A stretch of DNA of 38,535 nt from contig NC_068987.1 in the NCBI RefSeq assembly GCF_001194135.2, positions 98,921,759-98,960,293 on the forward strand. The letters are read 5' to 3'. A model generated the notes under the pieces. The model searched no databases and was not told where the DNA came from. It worked only from the letters and a program-made list of their open reading frames with translations. This document shows positions 23,507 through 38,535 of this stretch, piece by piece. The translations under genes were made by a program, and so were the position numbers. Source of the DNA: Octopus bimaculoides. Taxonomy: Eukaryota. Each line of letters starts with the position of its first letter. The first letter of the stretch is position 1.

Positions 23507-24690
23507 CACATTCAGACATATATCCATAAGTACAGTCGTACATACAAACTTATATACATACATACACACACCGCATACACAAAAATATGTATATACTTAT
23601 TTATAGATACATATACATGCATGCATATGCCCACATTAACACACAAACACGAACGTAATTATATACACGTATGGTGTATATATGTAACCCGTCACGCACA
23701 GAGAAAAGATCATATAAATCATGCATACGTCTCAATTATATGTTAATATATATGGACCCGTGTGAACATTAGGCTTATACATATGTATATACGCACTCAC
23801 AAAAATATAACTACTGGTACATGTGCAAATATACACACATACACGCACGCATGCACAAACACACACACACATGCACACACACACACATACGCACATAGAT
23901 TTCCATATTTACAAAACGAATAGATATATGCGATGTATATTTCTTGGTATATTTGCCTAGCATTTCTAAAATAATGAGTATGCATGAATGTATATATATA
24001 TGTATGTATGTATATATATATATATATATACATATATACATATTTATAGGAACACAAACTTACGTACATACGCACACACAGAGAAATAAATACACTTTGT
24101 GAATGCCTCAGGTGTCAATGCAGATTACTGAAGGATCACAAATTTAAATAAATCTTTTCCGCCAACAGCAACTTAAAATAGTGGTGAAACATGCCACAGC
24201 ATACAAATATGTATGTTTGATGTTGCCTTAGTAAATACAAAGACAATCTAGATTTTCTTCAGAAATATACCTCTGGTACATCATCATTCAAAATTCATAA
24301 CGTTTGCATCAATAGAAATCCTTTGAACAAACATGACAAGATACATGCTTTCAAAATTTTCCGCTACCTATTGCTATAAGGATCTGTCACTGTATATTTT
24401 AATATAGAACAAACCTAATGTAAGAAACGATAGAATAATGCCTATATTACTAGGAGACATTTGTGGGAGAGTAACCTATGCATACGGTGCAAATGTTTTG
24501 TATATTACTTGTCATAAAGTACTGGAAACTTAAAGACATTTATAAGACATATATCGTCCTCTTTACTAAACTATGACCACGTATCACAATAAAATGCATA
24601 ATGCTTTATATAATGAGAATCGATATTTCTATTTAGCCCTTAAGTTATATGTAATGCAGCTTAAAAAACATGTATGTGTCATACGTATTA

Positions 24691-24850
24691 TCTATTTCTA
24701 ACGTGGTGACTCGGAAGAATCGTTAGCTGGTGGGACAAAGAGCTTAGCAGCATTTCGTCCATCATTAAGTTCTGATTTCAAATTCTGCTGAGGTGGATGT
24801 AATGTACTTATTCCCTCCTCTAGAATTTGAAGATGTGTATCTATGACAGA
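24691..24850 (+). mobile_element. Degenerate SINE family A
   Basis: ggtgactcggaagaatcgttagc...gcttagcagcatttcgtcc...gatttcaaattctgctgaggtgg. Confidence 0.6.
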
Positions 24851-25454
24851 AAGGATATATGTATATCAGCTTATGTTAATGAAATTAACTGAATGTGGAT
24901 TTCTATTGAATACAAAAGTTTAGATGCGTCTTAGTTACCTGTGCTAAGATCAGTTACATTTCTATTGTGTATGATAGACATAACAAAATTGGATGCATCT
25001 ATCATTCACACAGCACATAAACAGATCCGAAAGTGCTCAGCACCATTCAGCAGCCACTAGTAGGGCTGATACCTTGTGAGACGAAGGCCAACTCATTCCA
25101 TTGCTCTATGCAAGATATGTATATGAATGTGCTGCATATATAAGTGTCCTACCCAACATCCTCCATGTGGAAACGTCTATCGTAAAAATGGTTCCCGACG
25201 TTGACCGTATGCCTTATCTCTAACTAAAATATGTAACTTCGAGAGTATAAGTTGTATACCTGACAAGGTGCATTGAATTTACTGAATGATTGACTTTGGT
25301 GATTTTAACCACGTAATGTGAAAATGTTTTTATTTTTTCTTCTAATTGCGCAACACGATTCGCTCTCGCGTTATTTCCAAAATGTATCTATTTACTTTGT
25401 AATGCGTAGAAAGTTTGCATTGGCACCCGCAGCATTCCCACGGCGTGCATTTGC

Positions 25455-25492
<38 letters not shown>

Positions 25493-25987
25493 CATACAAA
25501 AATAAGAGTAATGACCAGCAAAAGTGGACTCTTATATGCTAGAAATAGATGCCGAATCATCTAACCACGAAAAAAATATATGTTCTCAGTAAAAATTCAG
25601 CGACACAACAGACTGTAAAGGGGCAAGACAAATGAAAAATACTAAATAAAAAAACGATTAACCTACGTACCATGGTTTCACCTGTTAAAATTTACATAAG
25701 TAAATATCTGCAGGATCGTCAGCGAAGTCTGTCGATTTTCAATATAATTTCCGGAACTAGACACAAGACGTCCACCCGAAATGGAGCACGTGTAGAGCTC
25801 TACAAATTACATTCAGTGTATCCTTTCAAATGTCTTCAATCTAGCGCGCTAAGTCCGGAAATAATTCTGCAGTTAATAAATTTTTGCAGCTAATTTACCG
25901 GTTTGATAGCATTATTATATAAAATGTATTAATCAGGGTAGAAATTGATATTAATAAATTAATTCATTAATATCAATTTCTACCCTC

Positions 25988-26028
<41 letters not shown>

Positions 26029-26321
26029 NNNNNNNNNNNNNNNNNNNNNNNNNNNNNNNNNNNNNNNNNNNNNNNNNNNNNNNNNNNNNNNNNNNNNNNN
26101 NNNNNNNNNNNNNNNNNNNNNNNNNNNNNNNNNNNNNNNNNNNNNNNNNNNNNNNNNNNNNNNNNNNNNNNNNNNNNNNNNNNNNNNNNNNNNNNNNNNN
26201 NNNNNNNNNNNNNNNNNNNNNNNNNNNNNNNNNNNNNNNNNNNNNNNNNNNNNNNNNNNNNNNNNNNNNNNNNNNNNNNNNNNNNNNNNNNNNNNNNNNN
26301 NNNNNNNNNNNNNNNNNNNNN

Positions 26322-26393
<72 letters not shown>

Positions 26394-26588
26394 CAGAGAC
26401 AGACAAACAGACAGAGAAAGAGCGAGCGTCTGAGTGTAAGTATGTACGTATTTGAGCATATATCAATAGGATTTTCTACCTGGTAGTGAAATTCCTCCGT
26501 TATACTCAATCGAAGGAAATTTCCGCATAAGGCAGCTCAAATACATTAAGAAGAAAGTTCTTACCATTACACTCTCAAAACGACATGT

Positions 26589-26606
26589 CCGGAACTGCCG
26601 GAAGTG
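26589..26606 (+). promoter_or_regulatory. Tandem ETS-like motifs (CCGGAACT and CCGGAAGTG)
   Basis: CCGGAAGTG at 26598-26606 is the ETS/GABP consensus; motif match only. Confidence 0.2.
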
Positions 26607-28675
26607 ATACGAGTACAATAAAAAAAAACAAAACAAACGCATACATTGGCATGAAACACAAATTCATTATATCCGAATTTTCTTTATTCTTATTTAGAAG
26701 AAATCTTTCCGCCACTTCATTGCTGTGGTTTCGTAAAAAAAGTGTTCTAAATCATTGTTTTTACATATTTGCATGTAAGCGTATACGTTGCCGACAAAAA
26801 AACAGAGGCACTGCCGTAAACGATCGTCTCAAATATGCTTCTTAACGTTTGTTTTTTAGTCAAGTACATTGACTTAACAAAACGTGGATCAGTAACTAGT
26901 TCCTTCATTTGCACTAGGTAAAGGAAAAATATTTCACTCATCAACAAACCATCATTCAGTCAGGATTTTTATATAAAACGTTTACCACCCTGTAAGATCT
27001 TGCTTATAAAACATGAATTGTATTCAAAGTATCAACACGACCAATACGAATACCTACATGTTCTATCACCTATATGAGGTATCGAAGAAGAGAAAATTAT
27101 TCCTACGACACTTAGGTATTGCATTTAAATTATGATTTAAACCGTTGCAATGATAAAGGTAATAAAGACCTTGTAAACGTAACCCACAGCAAACATCATC
27201 ATTTTAAGCCGGAGAACCAGCCGCTATAGATAGCACTCAATATCGTACTTCCGCAGATGCTATCACATTTTCTGATTATATTCAAAAGCAGCAAAAGGAA
27301 AAAGAATGAGTATGGATAAAACTAATCAAACCGTCGATGTCAGCACCGCCAGCATCACCAGCACGACTATTATACACCTCTCCTTCATCTTCATATGTAA
27401 TTTAAATACATTTTATAACCACAGTTTGAAAACAATTTTTTCCAGCTTCCAGAAACTACCGTTAAACAACAGGTCTGTTTTGCCGAAAGTAGTAAAAATG
27501 TTTTTTAAATGCAACCACTCATGATAAAAGTTATTGATGATATTGCTGGAGGCTATATGAAAAATATATGATATCACATATTGGAATAGCAATAACTTCA
27601 CGTAAACGGCTGCTTTGAATCTGAAGAAACAGCCGGAAGGTATTTGCCGAACAAACGGTAATGAAACAACTGAACCTAAGCAACCCTAGTTGGAAACGAT
27701 AACAGAGGAAAATATTCTGCGTAGCTGGATCAGTTTGAGCAGACAAATATCATTAAAAAATGTAAGGTGAATAAGTTCACAGCATACCAAAAATGTTTCA
27801 TGTGACAGTTAACACAAATGTACAAATATTCTACTTCAAATATTGAGGAAAATTTAATAACGATGAATCACGGACGCAAACTCCAGATTTGAAAGATTCG
27901 GTTTCTTTACAAAAATACTAAAAGGAACAAGCTCATTAAAAGATGATTAAACAAATTATTTTCTTAGTATATTTGGGGCCACGCCCATAAAAAATTTATT
28001 CATTTTGGTCTAGAGGTTGTCATGAAAGGATACATTTTAATCGGAAATGACATGGGTAACTAAATTTAAGCAAAAATACTGTAATTAACACTGATACGAA
28101 CATTAGTAGTAAAACCTATATAATCGACGCTGAAACTGTTACCAAATGTAAGGGAATGCTGCTTAATAAGAAGACCATTAGTTAAGTGATTCGTACTTGG
28201 ATAGCGGGACAAGATGTTAACTTTCTACAGAGTTTCAATTATCATTCAAATGATATGTGTAATTCAGACGGATAAATCAAATTGACTTGTATTGCCTGAA
28301 AAAATCTTGTAGTCAAGAATGCACTCATTTGTTTAACTGAAAACTATAGACGCATAGCGTGTCTAAGAATAATATACAAACTGTACAGAAGCTCCACGAA
28401 CCAATCTCTATAGCACCATTACAATCTGATAGTATATCCACTAACGAGTAAGAAAAGACTGTAGAAATGCAGTCTGACGAAAAGGAATTCCGTACAAAAT
28501 TTGTGATGATATTCTCCGCAGATGATGGCCTCAAAAGTATATATATTTATGAATGTGTATCTAATGGGAAGATAGATATTTCTGATTACACTTACACGTG
28601 TAATACTCTCAAATGCTTCTGCTGTTATCCTATCCCTGAACAACGAAAATGCCGATGACGTTAATAACTATTCTT

Positions 28676-28944
28676 TCATTCTTGTATTCTTTAGTTGTTT
28701 CAGTCATTTGACTGTGGCCATGCTGGAGCACCGCCTTTAGTCGAAAAATTCACCCCAGAACTAATTCTTTGTAAGCCTACTACTTATTCTATCGGTCTCT
28801 TTTTGCCGAATCCTATATATATATATATATACATATATATAGATACACGACAGGTTTCTTTCAGTTTCCGTCTACTATATCCACTCACAATGTTTTGGTC
28901 GGCCCGAGGCTATAGAAGAAGACCACACAGCCATTCGTGCACCT
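28676..28944 (-). mobile_element. SINE family B/C with two internal deletions
   Basis: Tail at 28676-28815, then (TA)n, then body. gaagac is joined directly to cacacagcc, removing the B-box region seen intact at 8400-8470. Confidence 0.8.
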
Positions 28945-29670
28945 TTATAAAATATTATTTAGTATTTTGTTGTGAAAACTATGTAAACTACAGCTTGTGC
29001 AGGGATAGTTTCAGTTGTCACAGCAAGTATTATAGGATAACGGCCATCAGTAAATACGTATCAATCATAAAGTGAAATAAGATTATTACTCGTTCTTAGC
29101 TCTGAACAAAATATTTATTATAGGGGCCAGATTAAACGTTCTTACTGAGAGAAAAGTAACCCCAAATACATCATTATCAACACAGTAGGATCTTTGTTTA
29201 GCTCAGATACATGAACGTTAGAAAAACTCAAACCTGAGAAGATATGCTTTCTATCCCAAATTTTTTGTTGTTTTATCCCTACATGTTCAATAATATACTT
29301 CTCTAAGCATCACTATTTACAGACTGTTAAAGTCTGTCATACCGGCCATGATGAAATACCACAAAGTATAGAAAATACGTATTCGCCTTTATATATTTAA
29401 TCCTTTATATTGAACACTCAATATTTCATCTATTCAATAAGACATATTCCATATATTCAATAAGACATTCAATACTTTATTTCATTGTACCATCCATTTT
29501 TATTTTATATTACATATTGTATATTCCATATTCTATATCCCACATTGGTTTTGCAGGAATATAAATAAAACATAAAAAACAGGCAGTGTTGGAACTCTTT
29601 TAAACAAAATAATATATTCCTCTATACACAATCAAACAAAACCCCTTTTTTTGTATTTATTTTTACTCGC

Positions 29671-29701
<31 letters not shown>

Positions 29702-30227
29702 GAGACGCATTAGAAAATCGGCGTTACACAATTTGAACAGTAGTGAAGAAGACAAACATCTACATAAGTTTGAGAAATACAAAAACAAGCAAAACAAAAT
29801 ATAATATTTGCAGAGGAAGGTGTGTTCATGTCTAGACTTGTGTGGGTTAGGAATATATTCAGCTGAGACTGACAAAAAAAAGTCGAAAAATTAAGAGAAA
29901 TTGTTTGAGCGACATGTGAGATTGAGGAGCGTTGCAATAGCTTATTCCACAGAAAAAAAACACATCATTCTTAAGAATGCCCCCAGCTCAGTAAAATAAT
30001 TTGTTATAAGACGATTAAGGGAGTGCAGGATGTTAGTGGAGAATATTTAGATGTAAATTTATTCCTCACCCCTCCGCATTTTTTCACACTTTATTAGTGA
30101 AAAACTAATGCAATATGTCATGCTGTGTTGTATTTTTCTGAAATTTTTTTCGATATTTCGTTTATAAAAAAATACCTCTTAAAATTAGTTTTTTTTTTCG
30201 TTCCTCGTAGCTGCATGTGGTACTTAC

Positions 30228-30256
30228 ATCATGCATAAATATTTGCTCTTTGCCCG
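30228..30256 (-). CDS. Speculative 29-nt exon (GKEQIFMHD or RAKSKYLCM)
   Basis: Acceptor ctaatatgtttcag| and donor gat|gtaagta; no homology support. Confidence 0.13.
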
Positions 30257-30822
30257 CTGAAACATATTAGTTCGTACTAAATGGTTTTCTGGGGCTGTTT
30301 GTCTTTGTCTATCCCATTATGATCTATGCTTAAACTTCCCAAGTTCGAACTAAATACCCTTTTCAGAAGACATATATCTACATCTATACTGTTTTAATCC
30401 CAGTCATTGTTTCCTCCCAGTCATTATTTAAGTCTCTCGACATTTTCAGTTGACTTTCATATCAAAATTCACTGAAACTTCGATGAAATTAAATATGTAT
30501 TCACCATAGATAGTTTGGAAATCATTTGATGCATATGTAACCGTAGGAGGGTAGTTTGTCAGGCACACGTAAATTATAAATCTATGGAATAATTATATTT
30601 CACAATATATTTACATTCTTTTAGATTTTAAATGTTTCAGTTACTATTGCAGCTGTCTTGGGGTAAATTAAAAGATATAGGGACGAACACATAGACACAC
30701 CAATACTATTTAAACTCTGGTACTTATTATTATGAACTCTTAGTTAATAAGGAAGGAGACAAACCATTACTCGTGGTGGAGCGGTGGAAGGTGACAAACA
30801 AGCAGGAAAATACGCTCACACC

Positions 30823-30882
<60 letters not shown>

Positions 30883-31305
30883 NNNNNNNNNNNNNNNNNN
30901 NNNNNNNNNNNNNNNNNNNNNNNNNNNNNNNNNNNNNNNNNNNNNNNNNNNNNNNNNNNNNNNNNNNNNNNNNNNNNNNNNNNNNNNNNNNNNNNNNNNN
31001 NNNNNNNNNNNNNNNNNNNNNNNNNNNNNNNNNNNNNNNNNNNNNNNNNNNNNNNNNNNNNNNNNNNNNNNNNNNNNNNNNNNNNNNNNNNNNNNNNNNN
31101 NNNNNNNNNNNNNNNNNNNNNNNNNNNNNNNNNNNNNNNNNNNNNNNNNNNNNNNNNNNNNNNNNNNNNNNNNNNNNNNNNNNNNNNNNNNNNNNNNNNN
31201 NNNNNNNNNNNNNNNNNNNNNNNNNNNNNNNNNNNNNNNNNNNNNNNNNNNNNNNNNNNNNNNNNNNNNNNNNNNNNNNNNNNNNNNNNNNNNNNNNNNN
31301 NNNNN

Positions 31306-31345
<40 letters not shown>

Positions 31346-32573
31346 TTAAAGATACGGCTCACGCTGACGCACACTGAGACTGAACCCAAACAAGGCGCTT
31401 ACAAAAGGATATTCTGCATCATACTTTTATGCTGGTACAGTAGAAATTGAAGGATCCTTAATTATATATATGATTAAGCCATTCTGTTAGTATAAACCTG
31501 TACTTTCACCATGCTCCTTTTAAACGCATGTACGCATACACACACACATACACACACACACACCCACACACACACACACATTCGCAGACACACACGCACA
31601 CAAACTCACTATCTCTCTTTTTCTCTCTAACACACACACACACTCTCTCTCTCACACATACACACTCACACACACACTCTCTCTCACACACACACTCACA
31701 CACTTGCATACAAAACCATTTTGTTAGTTTCATGAGGAACTTTTCTTCATTCTTCAGCTTTACATGTTTGATGTGAACTTCTATGCATCCATGAACAATA
31801 TTATCTAAACGTAGCTTACTCTAGTCTTACTGATGACACCGATTGATTTTGAAATTAATCGTACGAAAACCTTGTTCTCATGAAATAAACCTCTTGACCA
31901 GCATACAAGCATCACATGAGCATTTTATGCTCAACATATCGTGAATCAGAAGTCATGAAATAAATCGAAACATTGCGAAGTATCGTTCTGGATGAACTAA
32001 CTAAAACTAATATGTGGAAATATGAGTGGTAGTCCCTTGAAGGACTGTTTAAGCGTTCTATGAGTGCTCCTTAGGGAAAATGCCAGAATTTCTTTACTCA
32101 AACAAAAGGACTTGGCGTTCAGATTCTATATAAAACAGTTATATGTCAGATTAGCACAGTAGTAAATAAAGCCATATCCAATTCATAAATCAATATCCAA
32201 TTCAGTCGTAAGAAACTGTAATTCAGAAGATGTGATATAAAATTAAATGAAATGAAACCTCGGCGTCAACGAGATTCTCTCAATGCAATTCATGTCCGGA
32301 AGAAAGAGGTTGTTTGTGGCAATGCTATGTACGCCCTCTATGCATATTAGCACACACACACGCATACATACATGCGCACACACACGCATACATACATGCA
32401 CACACACACACGCACAAATATGTTTTCACCTGCGTATCATTGCTTGACCTCGACGCGCGAGTCAATGAATCATAGCGTCTAATACCTGTATTCAGCACTG
32501 CTCTTGCATTCGTTCCACATGTTCGTCTGCACGTTCGTCTGTCTGTCCGTATGTATGTGTGTATGTCTGTTTG

Positions 32574-32614
<41 letters not shown>

Positions 32615-33334
32615 ATGCGTGTGTAAAAGTAAATATATGTGTGTGTGATTGCATACACACACACACACACATATATATATATACACACACATATATATAA
32701 ACATGCACACACATATGTATGTATATATATTTTCCTGTCGTGTTTAACAAAGACACCAACAAGTAAAGTCGTCATAAGTTCCAAATAAGATGTCTACAAC
32801 AGCATGAAAAGAATATGTGACACTAGCAATAACAACATTATTAACATTAGTCTAGATAAGTTTTCCACAAAACCTAATTTCCTGCTCCCTTGTTTATAAT
32901 CAACAATAGCGTCGTATTTCGCTTACAATCAATAATGAAAGATTGAATAGAAAGCAGAAACTTTCTTTACCAGCAAGTAGAAATGTTCCTCGCACTTTGA
33001 CCCGTTCGTACTGGATTTAAGGTTACACTAAGCATGCCAGCAATTTTATTGTACCGGGTTTTTGTGTAAGCTTTACATTGAGATATTTATGAAACCTTTT
33101 ATTTACATCCACGCTCATATACGGCTCCCAAATTATTTTTCTTGTTGAATTTATAATATTATTGTTAGCAATATAAATCCATTATATGTAATATAATAGT
33201 AGAGAGTTTATTTGGCGACAAACAATGGAGTATTACTGCTTAAATACATTAATATATTTTTTTTTTTTATGATCAGAGATAAATATGTCGAAATGATGTT
33301 TTGTCAAACAAGACTATGTCCTCGCACTTATTAC

Positions 33335-33520
33335 GAGCTGGAAGAACTGTCAGCACGCCAGGAGAAGTGCTTAACGGTATTTCGTTTATGTTCAAACTAC
33401 GCCGAGGTCGACTTTGGTTTTCATCTTTTTGGGGACGACAAATTAAGTAGGAATGAAAGACTGGAGTCGATGGAGTCGACTATTACCATCTCCCAAATTT
33501 CAGGCCTTGTGCTTATAGTA
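33335..33520 (+). mobile_element. tRNA-derived SINE family A
   Basis: gagctggaagaactgtcagcacgcc...gttcaaactacgccgaggtcgactttgg...cccaaatttcaggccttgtgc. Confidence 0.8.
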
Positions 33521-33524
33521 TTCA

Positions 33525-33715
33525 TTTATTTTTTACTTGTTTCAATCATTTGACTGCGGTCATGCTGAGGCACCACCTTTAGTCGAGCAAATAGATCCCA
33601 GGACTTATTCTTTGTAACCCAGTACTTAATCTATCAGGCTCTTTTGCCGAACCGCTAGATTACAGAGACATAAACACACAAGCATCGGTTGTTAAGCGAT
33701 GTTAGAGAACAAATA
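33525..33715 (-). mobile_element. SINE family B/C 3' portion, tail-to-tail with the family A copy
   Basis: tttcaatcatttgactgcggtcatgctgaggcaccacc...gccgaaccgctag...catcggttgttaagcgatg. Confidence 0.8.
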
Positions 33716-34615
33716 CAGAGCGAAAAAAAGGAATGACATATTATTCCGAGACTTTCGTATAGATAAAGGATTCTAGCGTATGCTGTTTTGAGTATGAGAT
33801 GTATAAATTGTATGTGTAACAGAAAAACAAAATAATATTTAACTGACTAGGATCTGGTTTGCACTGATGTTACAATTTTACACAGTTTTGGGTGATACTT
33901 TCTTGAATGTCTGGATTAAATGAATAAGTAAGCATGTTTCTTTTATATAAACATACATACATAATGCATAAATACTTATAGCTGTGTGTGTGTGCGCGTT
34001 CGTGTGTGTTGGTGTATTTGTGCGAGGTTGCGTGTATACATGCATGATTCATGCACTAAAAAGATTTCTATTTCAATTCAGATAGTCGTAGTTTCCTTTC
34101 CGATAATCCTTTGGCAATATAAACGTTTTAAATGATTTGCAGAGTATATTTGTGAGAGTAGAATTAAATGAGATTTATGATGATATAGTAAAAAGATAAC
34201 TTAAATCTGTTTATTCCGCACTCAGTCATACGCACGGACGCACGAACACACACTCACGCACGCAAGTACACGCACATACATACACACACTCAGAGAGACA
34301 CTCACACGCACAATCGCACACTCACACACACAGTCTGATGATTATCGATAGTAAAGAAACAAAACCACGACATATAACGCCTTGATTAGTAAACCACGTT
34401 TGCAGTACAACACTTTTATAAAGATATCTAAATAATGATGGATTCTCTTTTTGAAGACAACCTCTAACTATTCCTCTTTTACCGAACAACCTGCACGAAT
34501 GATTTATTTACAGTGGCCAAATGTATGTTTTGTACATTAGCTCATTCTCGCCATCAAAACCACATTGCCTGAAAATGTGCAAGGTTTATCCCACGTCAGG
34601 TGACGAAATGAGCTA

Positions 34616-34616
<1 letters not shown>

Positions 34617-34665
<49 letters not shown>

Positions 34666-34676
34666 TAATAATAACA
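34617..34676. repeat. (AAT)n microsatellite
   Basis: Direct inspection. Confidence 0.95.
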
Positions 34677-34680
34677 AAAC

Positions 34681-34795
34681 ACTTTCAATACAGTAATCAT
34701 AAGAGCATCACAGCACATACCCAAGGCACACAGAGCTGCGCTCGGTAGTGAATTGAAAGCACGTTATAAAAATAAAACTACTGAACAATAATAAG
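34681..34795 (+). mobile_element. Very short 3' fragment of the R4/Dong-like LINE
   Basis: ttcaatacagt...cacagcacatacccaag.cac..agagct.cgctcgg...gaaagc.cgt...aaaataa.actactgaa matches 37289-37400. Confidence 0.8.
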
Positions 34796-34807
34796 AATAA
34801 TTATATT

Positions 34808-35017
34808 TTCTGCTGTAGGCATAACATCCAAAATATTTTGGGAGGGGGCAAGTCGATTAGATCGACCCAGTATACAAATGGTATTTAAGTTATCAATCTC
34901 GAAAGGATGAAACGCAAAGTCGACCTCGGTGGAATTTGAACTCATAACTTAAAGACAGACGAAATGCCGCTAAGCATTTTGCCCGGCGTGCTAACGTTTC
35001 TGCCAGCTCACGGCCTT
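34808..35017 (-). mobile_element. tRNA-derived SINE family A
   Basis: Reverse complement starts aaggccgtgagctggcagaaacgttagcacgccgggcaaaatgcttagcggc, with B box gagttcaaattcc. Confidence 0.9.
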
Positions 35018-35027
35018 AATGATAATG

Positions 35028-35058
<31 letters not shown>

Positions 35059-35176
35059 TGATGATAATGATGGTGATGATAACAATAATGATAACAACAA
35101 CTACAACAACAACAACAACAACAACAACAACAGCAATACTAACTAATAATAATAATAATAACAATAATAATAATAC
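35018..35176. repeat. Compound (AAT/GAT/AAC)n tract
   Basis: Direct inspection. Confidence 0.95.
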
Positions 35177-37560
<2,384 letters not shown>

Positions 37561-37764
37561 TGGTTTCAAATTTTGCCATAAGGGTAGCCTCTTTAGGCGA
37601 GGGGATGTGTCGATTACATAGACTCCAGTGTTTACCTGGTACTTAATTTATCGACCCCGAAAGGATAAGAGACAAAGTCTACCTCGGCGGGATTTGAAAT
37701 CAGAACGTAGCGAAGGGCAGAATACCCGTCCAGCGCGCTAACGATTTTACCACCTCACCGCCCT
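37561..37764 (-). mobile_element. tRNA-derived SINE family A
   Basis: Reverse complement has agggcggtgaggtggtaaaatcgttagcgcgc, gatttcaaatcccgccgaggtagactttg and ggggtcgataaattaagtaccagg. Confidence 0.85.
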
Positions 37765-37784
37765 AATGGTAACAAAATAATAAT

Positions 37785-38330
37785 GCCCTAATGCAGTGTC
37801 AGGCACTGGTTCACCTGGCTTGTGATCTCAACTGATTGGAAGTGTAGACATGTACATTGTTTTGTCTTGTTATAAAATATTGGCTACAGCAAATATTCTG
37901 GTGAATACCACAGGTCTCCTCATCCGTTGTTTGACCATAGCCAGTTGAGCATTTCCCTTGATGGCTGACAATATGTGATCATGGGCAGAAGTAGTAGGGG
38001 ATCATCATAGCCATGTGTTGTGAGGAATTTCTTGGGGGTTGGAATAATTGACCTCTGGAAGCATATCTGTTTCGTTCAACATTCTTAAACAAATCTTATT
38101 CAGGGACCTTTTGAGCCAGAATGGCTACTTGACCTGAAGAAAATTCTAATTGGGCCCAACCTGCAAGTTCAGGCGCTGTTTGTCTTGCTACGAGATCACC
38201 ATGTCACGCACGTATGGTTCTGATGCATGTGCCTGGTGTACCCTTATCAGACGTGTAGTCATGATGGGTATACTGAGCTTCGCATCTTTTACCCGAGGGT
38301 CATTTTGATGGCATTTATGATCTCTCGCTC
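37785..38330. mobile_element. Unclassified ~550-bp interspersed repeat bounded by AAT units
   Basis: Relatively GC-rich, non-coding, flanked by aataataat on the left and aataata on the right. Resembles an abundant Octopus repeat as recalled, not verified. Confidence 0.5.
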
Positions 38331-38335
38331 AATAA

Positions 38336-38388
<53 letters not shown>

Positions 38389-38430
38389 ATAATAATAATA
38401 ATAATAATAAGAAGAAGAAGAAGAAGAAGA
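38331..38430. repeat. (GTA)n-(ATA)n-(AGA)n compound trinucleotide tract
   Basis: Direct inspection. Confidence 0.95.
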
Positions 38431-38535
38431 AGGGATGCTGCAAGGGCTCATACGGCTGTAAAGATGAATTTTTGATCAATAAAGCCATAACTGAAGACAG
38501 CCGCAGAACGAAGAAAGGCCTCAGTATGGCCTGGG
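38430..38535 (+). mobile_element. Second R4/Dong-like LINE, RT region, running off the window end
   Basis: Uninterrupted KGCCKGSYGCKDEFLINKAITEDSRRTKKGLSMAW, paralogous to 36079-36183. Confidence 0.85.

Noticed and set aside
25340-25460. Possible Helitron-like end (cccgcagcattcccacggcgtgc)
   Set aside because: No clear subterminal hairpin with CTRR terminus and no second end.
28467-28658. Protein-like 63-aa ORF MQSDEKEFRTKFVMIFSADDG...
   Set aside because: No recognisable domain, an in-frame stop just upstream and no convincing splice sites.
30015-30560. ttaagggag start and MITE-like interior suggesting a Kolobok-type element
   Set aside because: No matching inverted terminus was found.
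33212-33553. 113-aa ORF with hydrophobic ends
   Set aside because: It is mostly a read-through of the SINE-A copy at 33335-33520.

Overview
This is AT-rich, microsatellite-dense animal genomic DNA with seven scaffold N-gaps. The repeat families (tRNA-derived SINEs, R4/Dong and CR1/L2-type LINE remnants) point to a coleoid cephalopod, most likely Octopus; this is inferred from recalled repeat consensi, not from a search. No intact protein-coding gene could be recognised, and nearly all supplied ORFs are translations of (TA)n/(CA)n/(AAT)n repeats, N-gaps or SINEs. The window looks intronic or intergenic. It holds about 20 SINE copies or fragments from several families, a hAT MITE with a perfect 8-bp TSD nested in a SINE, Tc1 and pogo-like transposase remnants, a CR1/L2-like LINE 3' end that shares its tail with the main SINE family, and two palindromic MITE-like hairpins. 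Penelope-type terminal repeats carry a non-canonical minimal hammerhead-like motif. A 4-kb cluster at the right end has R4/Dong LINE copies sitting in (TAA)n tracts next to SINE tails. All alignments and translations were done by eye.
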